NCBI RefSeq assembly: GCF_902713615.1 | Contig: NC_052164.1 | Coordinates: 19,394,114 to 19,458,113 of the forward strand | Reading direction: 5' to 3' | DNA length: 64,000 nucleotides | From: Scyliorhinus canicula | Taxonomy: Eukaryota | The notes under the pieces: model-generated | What the model was told of the DNA's origin: nothing | Databases searched by the model: none | Seen by the model: only the letters and a program-made list of their open reading frames with translations | Part shown: piece after piece, positions 27,020 through 36,756 of the stretch | Layout of the letters: every line of letters starts with the position of its first letter | Position numbering within the stretch: the stretch's first letter is position 1 | Position numbers and translations under genes: made by a program

Positions 27020-27840
27020 TTAAAATTTAGAATACCCAATTTTTTTTTTTTCCAATTACGGGGAATTTAGCATGGCTAATCCACCTATCCTGCACAATTT
27101 TTGGGTTGTGGGGGGGAAACCCACACAAGCACGAGGAGAATGTGCAAACTCCAAACAGACAGCGACCCAAAGCCAGGATTGAACCTGGGAGGGCAGCACG
27201 GTGGCCTAGTGGTTAGCACAACCGCCTCACGGCGCTGAGGTCCCAGGTTCGATCCCGGCTCTGGATCACTGTCCGTGTGGAGTTTGCACATTCTCCCCGT
27301 GTCTGCGTGGGTTTCGCCCCCACAACCCAAAAAATGTGCAGAGTAGGTGGATTGACCACGCTAAATTGCCCCTTAATTGGAAAAAATAATTGGGTGCTCT
27401 AAATTTTTTAAAAAAGGATTGAACCTGGGACCTCGGCGCTGTGAGGCCGCAGTGCTAACCACTGCACCACTGTGCTGCCCTTATTTTTAAAAAAATTTAT
27501 ATAAATTTAGAGAACCCAATTCTTCTTTTTCCAATTAACAGTCAATTTAGCGTGGCCAATCCACCTAACCTGCACATCTTTGGGTTATGAGGGTGACACC
27601 CACACCACAGGGAAAATGTGCAAACTCCACACTGACAGTGACCTGGGGCCGGGATTGAATCCGGGACCTCCACGCCGTAGGTAGATTATTTCCATTTTGA
27701 AAAAAGTGTTTTAAAATATATAAATTTAGGGTACCCAATTCTTCTTTTTCAATTAAGGGGCAATGTAGCATTGCCAATTCACCTACCCTGCACATCTTTT
27801 TGGGTTGTGAGGGTAAGACTTAACCAGACATGGGGAGAAG
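27020..27840. mobile_element. Cluster of four short V-SINEs, one (+, 27191-27414) nested in another (-, ~27020-27481)
   Basis: Nested copy bounded by the 16-bp TSD AGGATTGAACCTGGGA at 27175-27190 and 27415-27430. Confidence 0.85.
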
Positions 27841-27966
27841 TGCGAGATTATTTCAAGAATCTGACTGCTGCTTCTCACTCAAGCTTAATTCTGGCTGAAG
27901 CATTGTTGCTGTAAGTTCAAACTCATATTTTAAATATTTACTTTCGAAGTTTAAAAAGTTCGAAGA

Positions 27967-28229
27967 TGTAGTGTAAGGGTGTCTGGCATAGCAAGGATTA
28001 ATTTGGGACTGGGAAATGGTGCCACTCACAGTGTGATATAAAGAGATACAAGACCTGAGAGTAGATCAGTTGTGGACTGGACAGAAACTGGTGTAGAAGC
28101 AAGCATGGAGTTAGCTCCTAGCTTGTGCTGCACCCTGTATATATGTGCACAGTTCTACTATCAATAAACACTTAATGTTCAACCATACAATATTCAAAAC
28201 GTCTTATCAGACCTACTGAAGATACAACA
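27967..28229 (+). mobile_element. Probable Ty3/gypsy-like LTR, possibly followed by decayed gag-like sequence to ~28480
   Basis: TGTAGT...ACAACA ends, TATAAA (~28037), AATAAA (~28163). No TSD seen. Confidence 0.45.
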
Positions 28230-28982
28230 CGCTGACAGATAATGGAAATAAATAGAAGAACCTCAGAGAAGCTGGAGAGAAATTCAAAAGCTTGAAAATC
28301 AAAGGAGGAGCATTTTGACCTGAAATTGAGGGCGATCACCTAAAAGAAGCTCCATTGCAGAGTTAGAGGCAGAGAGGCAAAGAAAACAAAAATGCACTAT
28401 GCAGCTGACAGCTCTACAAGATCTTGTGGAGGGCCACTGTGAATGCTGACCCAGTGCAGAGTCAAAGGACCTAGCAGGGGTGAGCAAACTGTCAGTTTGA
28501 TGCCACGAGTGGTTTAAAAAGCTTCAGAGCTGTGAAAAAAAGGTCAGAATAACCAGTTTCTGGAAGCACCATGGTGAGCTCTGTTCAGAACCAGCGCTTT
28601 ACCACAGCCAGCTGTGTTCAGAATCAGCGCCATACCACATGGCGGCTGAGTTCATTGTAATAAAATATATACAGGACCTCAACCAAAGCTAGGGATCAAT
28701 TGTAAAAGTCTCGAAAATCCTCAGAACCTGCTGAGCATACAGCACGAGAAATTCCTATCCTATTTTTAATGTTGGTAACGAGCTAACACGGCATTAAAAA
28801 TTCACTGGCATCGCAACAGAGGTGTGTTGGAAGCTGGTCTGGCTGAGTCCAGATTAGTACAGAACTGGCAGCATACCTCGTTGGCTTCTACTAAGTGTCA
28901 CCTTGACTCTGTGGTTGCATTTGTTTCTGAGTCAAAAGACTGTAGGTTTAAAGCCCTATCCCAAGACTTCAGCACATTAAAA

Positions 28983-29328
28983 GGGTGGCACGGTGGCACA
29001 GTGGTTAGCACTGCTGCCTCACAGCTCCAGGGTCTCAGGTTCGATTCCCGGCTTGGGTCACTGTCTGTGCGGAGTCTGCATGTTCTCCCCGTGTCTGCGT
29101 GGGTTTCCTCTGGGTGCTCCGGTTTCCTCCCACAGTCCAAAGATGTACAGTTTAGGTAGATTGGCCATGATAAATTGCTCCTTCATGTCCAAAAGGTTAG
29201 GTGGGGTTACTGGGTTATGGGGATAAGGTGGAGGTGTGGGCCTAGGTAGGGTGCTCTTTCCAAGGGCTGGTGCAGACTCGATAGGCCGAATGGCCTCCCT
29301 CTGCACTGTAGATTCTATGATTCTATGA
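28983..29328 (+). mobile_element. HE1-type long V-SINE
   Basis: Full head, V-domain and CR1-type (ATTCTATG)n tail. Confidence 0.85.
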
Positions 29329-29456
29329 ATTTAGACTGACCCTTCAGTTCAGTGTTAAGGGGGTGCCACATTGTCAAAGGTGTATCCTCTTTGGAAGAGA
29401 TGTTAAAGGAAGGCCTTGTATATCTGTTCAGTTGGCTATCAGAGATCCCATAGAAA

Positions 29457-30090
29457 GGGCAGCATGGTGGCACAGTGGGTTAGCACTGCAGTATCACGGT
29501 GTCGAGGTCCTAGGTTCGATCCCGGCTCTGGGTCACTGCCCGTGTGGAGTTTGCACATTCCCCCTGGGTTTAGCTCCCACAACCCAAAGATGTGCAGGGT
29601 AGGTGGATTGAACATGCTAAAATTGTCCCTTAATTGGAAAAAAATGAATTGGGTACTCTAAATTTCTTTTTTAAAAATCCCATAGCACAATTTGAAGAAC
29701 AAAGATTTTTTTAAAATTTAGAGTACCTAATTCTGTTTCCAATTAAGGGGCAATTTAGCCTGGCCAATTCACCTACCTGGCACATCTTTTTGGGTTGTGG
29801 GGGTGAGACCCACGCAGATACAGGGAGAATGTGCAAAATCCACACGGGCAGTTACCCAGGGCCGGGATTGAACACGGGTGGATTTTGCACATTCTCCCTG
29901 TATCGAATCAATGAAAAAATGAAATGAAAATCGCTTATTGTCACGTGTAGGCTTCAATGAAGTTACTGTGAAAAGCCCCTAGTCATCACATTCCGGCGCC
30001 TGTCCGGGGAGGCTGGTACGGGAATTGAACCGTGCTGCTAGCCTGCTTGGTCTGCTTTAAAAGCCAGCGATTTAGCCCAGTGTGCTAACT
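29457..30090. mobile_element. SINE cluster: short V-SINE (+, 29457-29677), short V-SINE (-, ~29705-29877), family B SINE (-, ~29925-30090)
   Basis: Matches to the family consensuses seen elsewhere in this window. Confidence 0.8.
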
Positions 30091-30477
30091 GGGCCGGAAT
30101 GTTCAGGCCATTCGCTGGAGGCGGGCTTCTCTGGTCCCGTAAGCAGTGGAACTCCACCCGTGGGTTTCCAGGCGGCGTAGGCTGGTTTCATTGGAAATTC
30201 CCATTGGCAGTGGCGGGAAGAGAGAATTCCACCACCAGTAAATGGCGCGCCCCCTCCCGCTGCAGAGAAACGCGTGGCTGAGAGGCCGGAGAATCCCGCC
30301 CATTATTTTACACTCATCCTGATATTTACTTTCCATTGGTTTTATATTTGCCCATTATTTATTTATCTCTTGTATATTTTGTCTTCCTATACCCTTATGG
30401 TAAAGCCATTGAGATTTCACATGATTTTAATCATCTGAGGAGCTGTCTTTAGTGCCCTGTGAATTGCTGTAACCCAT

Positions 30478-30787
30478 TGTGGTGGGAAAAGGAAAACTCA
30501 GAAACAATCAGTCATGAATAAGAGCAACAGGAGAGAGAGGAAAGCGCGCCGAGGGCAGCAAGCTACAGTCTTTATTCATTCAAAAGATACAAGTAAATCT
30601 CCATTCCATATAAGGAGTTGTTTTTCTCCTAACTTTACTTTCTCGACCTTCAGACAGCTGGGATATCAGTTTTTCTCTCTCTCTCTCTCTCTAACCTTGC
30701 ACACACACGCACACAAAGGCCTGAAGCTTTAGGTAATCACACTATTAAGCAGTTATTCGATATTAAGTATTAAAATTGTCCATTGCT
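30478..30787 (-). repeat. ERV 3' LTR (lacks a 46-bp segment present in the 5' LTR)
   Basis: Direct repeat of 36395-36756, adjacent to the polypurine tract. Confidence 0.92.
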
Positions 30788-30788
30788 A

Positions 30789-30801
30789 TTCCCTCCTTTT
30801 T
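30789..30801 (-). promoter_or_regulatory. ERV polypurine tract
   Basis: AAAAAGGAGGGAA immediately upstream of the 3' LTR on the minus strand. Confidence 0.85.
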
Positions 30802-31046
30802 GTCATCCTAATGACAACATCTATCAAAATTTTAATCGCAGCCAGTCACCTAAGCAATATCTACATTCCCTTATTGTTAAACAAATGTTTGCTCAAAGAA
30901 CATATATCAGGTATCATCGTACTCCTGTAGATTTTTCAATAATACCATCATTAATCTTTGGTACATAAAATGGGAAACAGGTTGTCATTATAGCTATATG
31001 ACACAGCAGATTAGTCTATTGACAGTTCATTCTCGAATGGAGGTAT

Positions 31047-31415
31047 CTACTGGTTTGCCTCCTCTAAGTCAACTTGTTCCCTTGCTGCTGTTGGGTCAGA
31101 TAGTTTCAACATCCGGTAACTGCGGGACAGGTTTGCTATAGCTGCTTTCTGTAGGCATTGGCAGATGCATGGTCCAGTTTTGGGAAGTCCTTTCGCTGTG
31201 CTCGCCACCACCAGGTTCCAGTTGTATGGGCCACAGGGGTCTCGGCATAAGTACTTATCATCTCGCAAGTATTTAGAGTCATAGGGCCATGGGTCACACG
31301 TAAATGTGCCTGTCTCTCCTCTGGTTAATGTCACTGTAACCTCTCCAGCCCAATACGCTTTTCCCATTATCAGTTCCGGCATAAGCATCATGATAAGCGA
31401 CATTACCCCTTTCAT
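31047..31415 (-). CDS. env: Internally deleted env: signal-peptide-like leader, N-terminal half of an Ig V-set (CD300/pIgR-like) domain, env cytoplasmic-tail-like end; 122-aa open frame
   Basis: Lies between integrase and the PPT. MKGVMSLIMMLMPELIMG leader; GETGTFTC.PWPYDSKY....KYLCRDPC; ends GPCICQCLQK..., resembling the post-TM GPCI motif of gamma-type Env. Confidence 0.65.
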   Translation of the reverse strand: MKGVMSLIMMLMPELIMGKAYWAGEVTVTLTRGETGTFTCDPWPYDSKYLRDDKYLCRDPCGPYNWNLVVASTAKGLPKTGPCICQCLQKAAIANLSRSYRMLKLSDPTAAREQVDLEEANQ

Positions 31416-31453
31416 GTTGACTTGTCCGGTGTGAGCTGGGGCTCCGGCACCTG

Positions 31454-32480
31454 CTAACAATGACTAGCGTGAATCCACGTTGCTCTTTCTGCTACCTTTA
31501 TCGCTGTCTGCATCACAAGAAGCACCTGGAATGGTCCCAGCCACCGTCTAGCTCTCCAGCTCTTCCTCCTGAGGTCTTTCACCACTACCCAGTCGCCTGG
31601 CTGCAGGTCGTGCAACTTCCCCTCAGCCGGTCGTGGCAGGGCTTCCTTCACTTGAGCTTGCACCTGGGATAAAATTGCAGAGAGTTTTGTACAGTAACGT
31701 AACATTTCATCCTCACAATGGCTAGTCAGGGTCCTCGCGACGGGTTTTGGCCCAATTCCAGTGTTGGGTGGTCTGCCGAATAATATTTCAAATGGACTTA
31801 AATTGGCTCTACCTCTGACCCTAGTCCTCATGTACATTAGTACTACGGGCAGGGCTTTCGTCCACGGTATTCCCATTTCATCGCAACACTTTGCTAGCTT
31901 ATTTTTCAGAGTGGCATTTTCCCTTTCTACCGCTCCTCCACTCGCTTGATGGTATGCACAGTGTTGCCTTAGATCAATACCTAGGTATTCTCCTACCTGT
32001 TTCAGAGCCTGGTTTACAAATGGCGTGCCATTATCACTGCTGATTTTCTCTGGGATGCCCCATCGTGGAATGATTTCAGTTAACAGGGCCTTGGTTACTG
32101 CACTAGCATCTTGTTTGGCTGTAGGGAACACCTCTACCCACTTAGAGAACATGTCAACCATTACTAGGCAGTATTTCTTCCCTTCACTTGGGGTTAGCTC
32201 AATAAAGTCCATTTGAATATGCTCGAAGGGTCTCAGAGGTTCTGGGTGCGCCCCTGGGCTTATCTTAATTCCTCTCCCCACATTATTGGTAGCACAAATA
32301 ACACATCGCTCACAAAATTTCTGGGAGTAACTAGTAAAGCCTCTGGTGTACCAATGTGCAGCGATACTCTTGAACATCCCTCCTTTTGACACATGGTCCT
32401 TGCCGTGTGTCAACTTAGCATAATGAGGAAATAGCGCTCTCGGTAGACATGGCTTATCATTGGGGCCGTACCATCCCCCT
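31454..32480 (-). pseudogene. pol: ERV integrase (frameshifted at a T-run near 32481; premature stop at 31454)
   Basis: HHCC remnant (THG..H...C..C), QMDFIEL, VDMFSKWVE, ISSDNGTPF, SGGAVERENATLK (DDE), LQPGDWV, GPFQVLL, WIHASH. Confidence 0.93.
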
Positions 32481-33185
32481 TTTTTTTACCTTACCCCCTG
32501 CCTTTGACCATTCTTTCTTTTCTTCCCGTGAGGCTTGTGTTTGCAGGTCTTGTATGTCCGCTGTTGGGATAGGAACTGTTAGCATTGGCATGTTTACATT
32601 ATCACTGATAGGTTTTCGTGCTGCTGCTTTCGCTGCCGCATCCGCCCTTGCATTTCCCTGTGAGACTGGATCGGTTTTCCCTGTATGTGCGTCACACTTA
32701 CAGACTGCAATACACTCAGGTAAGAGGACTGCGTCCAAGAGATCAGAAATCAGCCCATGGTGCGTGATTGGTTTGCCTGTTGATGTTAAGAATCCCCTAT
32801 GTTTCCACAAGGTTCCGAAATCATGAGTCACCCCAAAGGCATACTGTCTGTGTAGATAGTAACGGACTTGCCTTCTGCAAGTTTACATGCTTCTGTAAGG
32901 GCTATCAATTCCGCAGCTTGTGCGGAGAGGTGTCTAGGAAGTGGCTCTGCTTTTAGTATGTTGTGTGATGTGACTATGGCATACCCCACACAGTTCTGGC
33001 CCGCTTCTCGATCTCTGAACGCAGACCCATCCACAAACAGTTCCATGTCGGGGTTTTGTAGGGGGGTATCCTGCAAGTCAGGTCGCGGACTACAAACTTC
33101 ATTAGTTAGAGCAACACAATCATGTGGTTCCCCATCACCTGCGGTGGGATGAAGAGTGGCGGGGTTAAGTATGGTACACCTTTTC
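32457..33185 (-). pseudogene. pol: ERV tether/RNase H (frameshifted at ~32830)
   Basis: LNPATL.P...PHDC, LFVDGS, SAQAAELIAL, IYTDS, RGFLTS.GKPI, HT....SQGNARADAAAK. Confidence 0.93.
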
Positions 33186-33820
33186 AACCACATCATGTTT
33201 TCCCTTTGCCCAAAGTTTCCCCGGAACTGTCTGCAGTCGCGGGTCATCGGCAGTAATTTGTACAAAACTCCAGGTTGTTCCCCTATGGCTCTGGTCTGAG
33301 GCGGGGACTATCTCCACCACTCTCTCTGCCCGAGATAGCCAGTTAAGATTCTTTTTATAAGCTCGCATACTCGTACTGAACCACACAGTTGTGTCTGAAA
33401 GCAGTGTCCAATCATTGACTTTGAGATTTTTAAGGACCCACGGTCCCAAATCTTTCCATTGTCTATTGCGCCCTTTCGCTAATGATACATGGGGGTGTGA
33501 CCCTTCTATTGTAAAGGGGTGTGGTACTCCTGATCTCAGACGTATTCTAGACAGGTCTAGAACCTATGCTCATCCCAATATAACTCCCATATCAGCAGCA
33601 CCTCAGACTTTTGCAACTTCCCGAGCCATTCATTCTCGTATTGATTATCTGGTCCCCCCAAGTGAATGTGTGCGGTGCAGTGCAGATTCTCCTTGGACAT
33701 AAAGTCAGTGTTAATAGGGTTAACGCGTTTGCGTGCTTCTCCCATGAGTGCTTGGTTTACTGAACTCACTGCCGCTGGAGTCAATCTCCATTCATAAATA
33801 TACATCAGGGGTCTGGCGTC
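33186..33820 (-). pseudogene. Putative 2H-phosphoesterase domain followed by the first residues of RT (RT core deleted)
   Basis: LHCTA (His at 33680-33682) and PHVSL (His at 33489-33491) motifs, one frameshift between them at ~33545-33562; then DPRLQTVPGKLWAKGKHDV, the typical RT N-terminus, cut off at ~33186. Confidence 0.65.
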
Positions 33821-33987
33821 AAATTTAACTCCTTGGATTCGTGCATCACACTCTCTATAGTCTGTGTAAAGATTTCAAGAACGTTAGTACAAGAGGTTAG
33901 CTTAAGCGGTTCTTCATTGCAAAGTATCAAGGTTTTGGACTCACCCTCTCCTTCAGGCATACCTCCATCGTCCTCTCCTCCCCTTTG

Positions 33988-35966
33988 TCAATTACCATTG
34001 TCATCATTGTCTCTTGGCCCTTCTTGTCTCTTTGTTGGGCAGTCTCTTGCCCAGTGATCCTTGCTTCCGCACGTGAAACACCCATCCGTCTTACCGCGTC
34101 CTCGACCTCCCCTGCCTCTTCCTCTTGTCTGTCCTCTACCTCTTCCTCGTTGCTGACCTTCTGCAACCTGTGTCACCATCTGCATCATAGTTAGCTGTGC
34201 TTGGTGACTCTGATCCTCCCTCCTTTTGTTCCGCTTCACCTTTTCTTGTGTCAGTAGCTTTTCAGCGTGCATGGCGTGTTGTTCGATTAAGTTGAGTTTC
34301 CCTGTGTCCCATGTAATACATGTATTTTTCACCTTCTTAGCGATGTCCTCACTTAATCCATTCATAAAACTGTTCCGCAGATGTGCCTCATACGGAGTCA
34401 CTTCAGCTGTATTTATGTCAGCTGGTGGTGTAAGTCCACTATGAGCGTTATGGACTTCTGTGAGCCGGGTCAGGTACTGGGACACAGTTTCACCGTCACG
34501 CTGCTTACACGTGGCAATTTTTGTCATGTCCATTCTTACCGGAAAGGCAGTTTGACAGGCGTCCACCAGACCTGTAACAAAGGCGTTATAAGGCACATTA
34601 TCTGCATGGTCTGGTTGAACTTGGCAAGCTCGTACATTATCACCTGGCCAATTGTATCGGATCTTGGGGATGTCTGCGCCCAATTTCCTCCCCAATAATC
34701 GCCGCATCTCATGAGACGTGGGGCGAAACTCGAGGCAGAACCTGCGTACCTCGCCTGCAAATTTCTGGCCTCCCGCTTCTCTGGGATCTGGGAGTTGTTC
34801 ATAGGCACATTCAATGTCTTTCATTGTCCACGGTCTGTGGACAAGTATCGGTTGTCCTTCCGGGCCCGCCACTTCTATCATTGGAGCATTGAGGACATTG
34901 CCGAGGAATTTACTGTCTCCTTCCCTTTCTTCGTCGCCTTTGTGATAATTAAACGGTTCTGGTGCATCTGGAAGGGCAGATTTAGGTCTGCACGACGCCT
35001 TACTCCGGGTATGGTGAGCTACTCGGGAGTCAGATGTAGTCATGGTACTGATGTCTGGGTAAAGGGGGTGACGGTCAGCTCCTGACGGTAGAGTTCCCAT
35101 GGACGTCTCAGGCATTCCCCGAGGGGGTTCACTATATGGTGGAGGGCTCGGTCGCGACTCTTGGCCTGGGTTCATGGGGGCCACTTGTGGAGGAGCCGTT
35201 GGCCTGGGAGGCAGCCATCCAGGTCGGGATCATCCGGAATGGGGTGACCTGAAATAGACTTAACACACTGAAGAGATTTGGTTTTATTTGCAGTTTCTTT
35301 GGGTTTCGCCTGTGATCGTCTATTTCTTATTTCTGCCTCTGTTTTCCACATACCGTAAGCCGCCCAATTTATTGTTTCTTTTTTCCTTTTGCTTTTCTTT
35401 CCACTTTCTTTTGCCCTCTGTTCTAACTGGGTTTTTAATAATTCCAATTGTCTTAAACTAAAACTTCCTCCTTCAGGAAAACCACACTCCTTCACCCACA
35501 TTTTAACTTGACTCACCGAGTCTTGTCCATAATTAGTAACCATGTATCGTATATTAGGGCTATTTAAACTTGCAGCATTTAGAACATAGAACATAGAACA
35601 GTACAGCACAGAACAGGCCCTTCGGCCCTCAATGTTGTGCCGAGCCATGATCACCCCACTCAAACCCACGTATACACCCTATACCCGTAACCCAACAACC
35701 CCCCCCCTTAACCTTACTTTTATTAGGACACTACGGGCAATTTAGCATGGCCAATCCACCTAACCCTCACATCTTTAGACTGTGGGAGGAAACCGGAGCA
35801 CCCGGAGGAAACCCACGCACACAGGGGGAGGACGTGCAGACTCCACACAGACAGTGACCCAGCTGGGAATCGAACCTGGGACCCTGGAGCTGTGAAGCAT
35901 TTATGCTAACCACCATGCTACCCTGCTGCCCCAATTTGTTTGTTTTTTCCCATTGCTATTACCCAT
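33988..35966 (-). pseudogene. gag: ERV gag (SINE insertion at 35581-35931; frameshift at ~35180)
   Basis: ATG at 35966 gives MGNSNGKK (myristoylation-type start); PPPY and LYPDI late-domain-like motifs; major homology region CKQRDGETVSQYLTRL; RG repeats; a single CCHC knuckle CFTCGSKDHWARDC; TGA at 33988-33990. Confidence 0.92.
35581..35931 (-). mobile_element. Young V-SINE subfamily inserted into ERV gag
   Basis: Near-identical reverse complement of 41658-41998; tail GAGGGCCGAAGGGCCTGTTCTGTGCTGTACTGTTCTATGTTCTATGTTCT. Confidence 0.9.
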
Positions 35967-36371
35967 GACCGGTCTCTTACTTGTGAGCCAGACTCACAGC
36001 GACCTTATCCTTTGTGACTTGATTTTCCTCCGGAGGCTCCCGCACGTAAGCGCGTCCGCTTAGGTGGCTTGGTTTTCCTAAACCAGCAAACCAATACCTA
36101 TCGTTTAGGTATTTTTACAGGTCCAACCTGTTTGATAGATCCAAGTCTAAATCCACCCGTCACTGTGAGACTGTTCACCACTGTCTATAATTAATAATAG
36201 AGCAATTCCTTACCACAGATTTCAGTCCGGATCCCGGTGTTGAGGTGACACAGTAATTCCTGGTCCTCTCACGCTGATGGCCATTGAAGCGTTTGAGATG
36301 AGGTGAAAAGCCCTCAAGGCGTCAGCGCTAACGCCTCCCCGGAATCTCCCAGTGTCTACCTCAAGCATGGG

Positions 36372-36389
36372 ATCCCATCCTCGTCGCCA
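36372..36389 (-). promoter_or_regulatory. ERV primer-binding site, tRNA-Ser(GCU)
   Basis: TGGCGACGAGGATGGGAT is complementary to the vertebrate tRNA-Ser(GCU) 3' end ...ATCCCATCCTCGTCG-CCA. Confidence 0.85.
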
Positions 36390-36394
36390 AGAAC

Positions 36395-36756
36395 TGTGGT
36401 GGGAAAAGGAAAACTCAGAAACAATCAGTCATGAACAAGAACAAGTTTAGTTTATTTCTTAGCTCTGCAGAGGACACCCTCCTCTCTCTACAGGCGAGAG
36501 AGGAAAGCGCGCCGAGCGCAGCAAGCTACAGTCTTTATTCATTCAAAAGATACAAGTAAATCTCCATTCCATATAAGGAGTTGTTTTTCTCCTAACTTTA
36601 CTTTCTCGACCTTCAGACAGCTGGGATATCAGTTTTTCTCTCTCCCTCTCTAACCTTGCACACACACACACACACACACACACAAAGGCCTGAAGCTTTA
36701 GGTAATCACACTATTAAGCAGTTATTCAATATTAAGTATTAAAATTGTCCATTACA
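36395..36756 (-). repeat. ERV 5' LTR (362 bp)
   Basis: TGTAATGG...CCCACCACA on the minus strand; internal (TG)n and GA-rich tracts; two AATAAA hexamers; GT-rich U5-like end. Confidence 0.94.

Larger units (their letters stand above)
30478..36756 (-). mobile_element. Endogenous retrovirus, class I (gamma/epsilon-like), internally deleted provirus
   Basis: Two LTR copies (30478-~30787 and 36395-36756), outer ends TG...CA, 4-bp TSD CCAT (30474-30477, 36757-36760), PBS, PPT, and gag, RNase H, integrase and env remnants in retroviral order. Confidence 0.96.

Noticed and set aside
28230-28480. Coiled-coil-like reading (REIQKLENQRR...AELEAERQRK) suggesting a pseudogene exon
   Set aside because: Multiple stops; it directly follows an LTR-like sequence and is more simply explained as decayed retroelement internal sequence.
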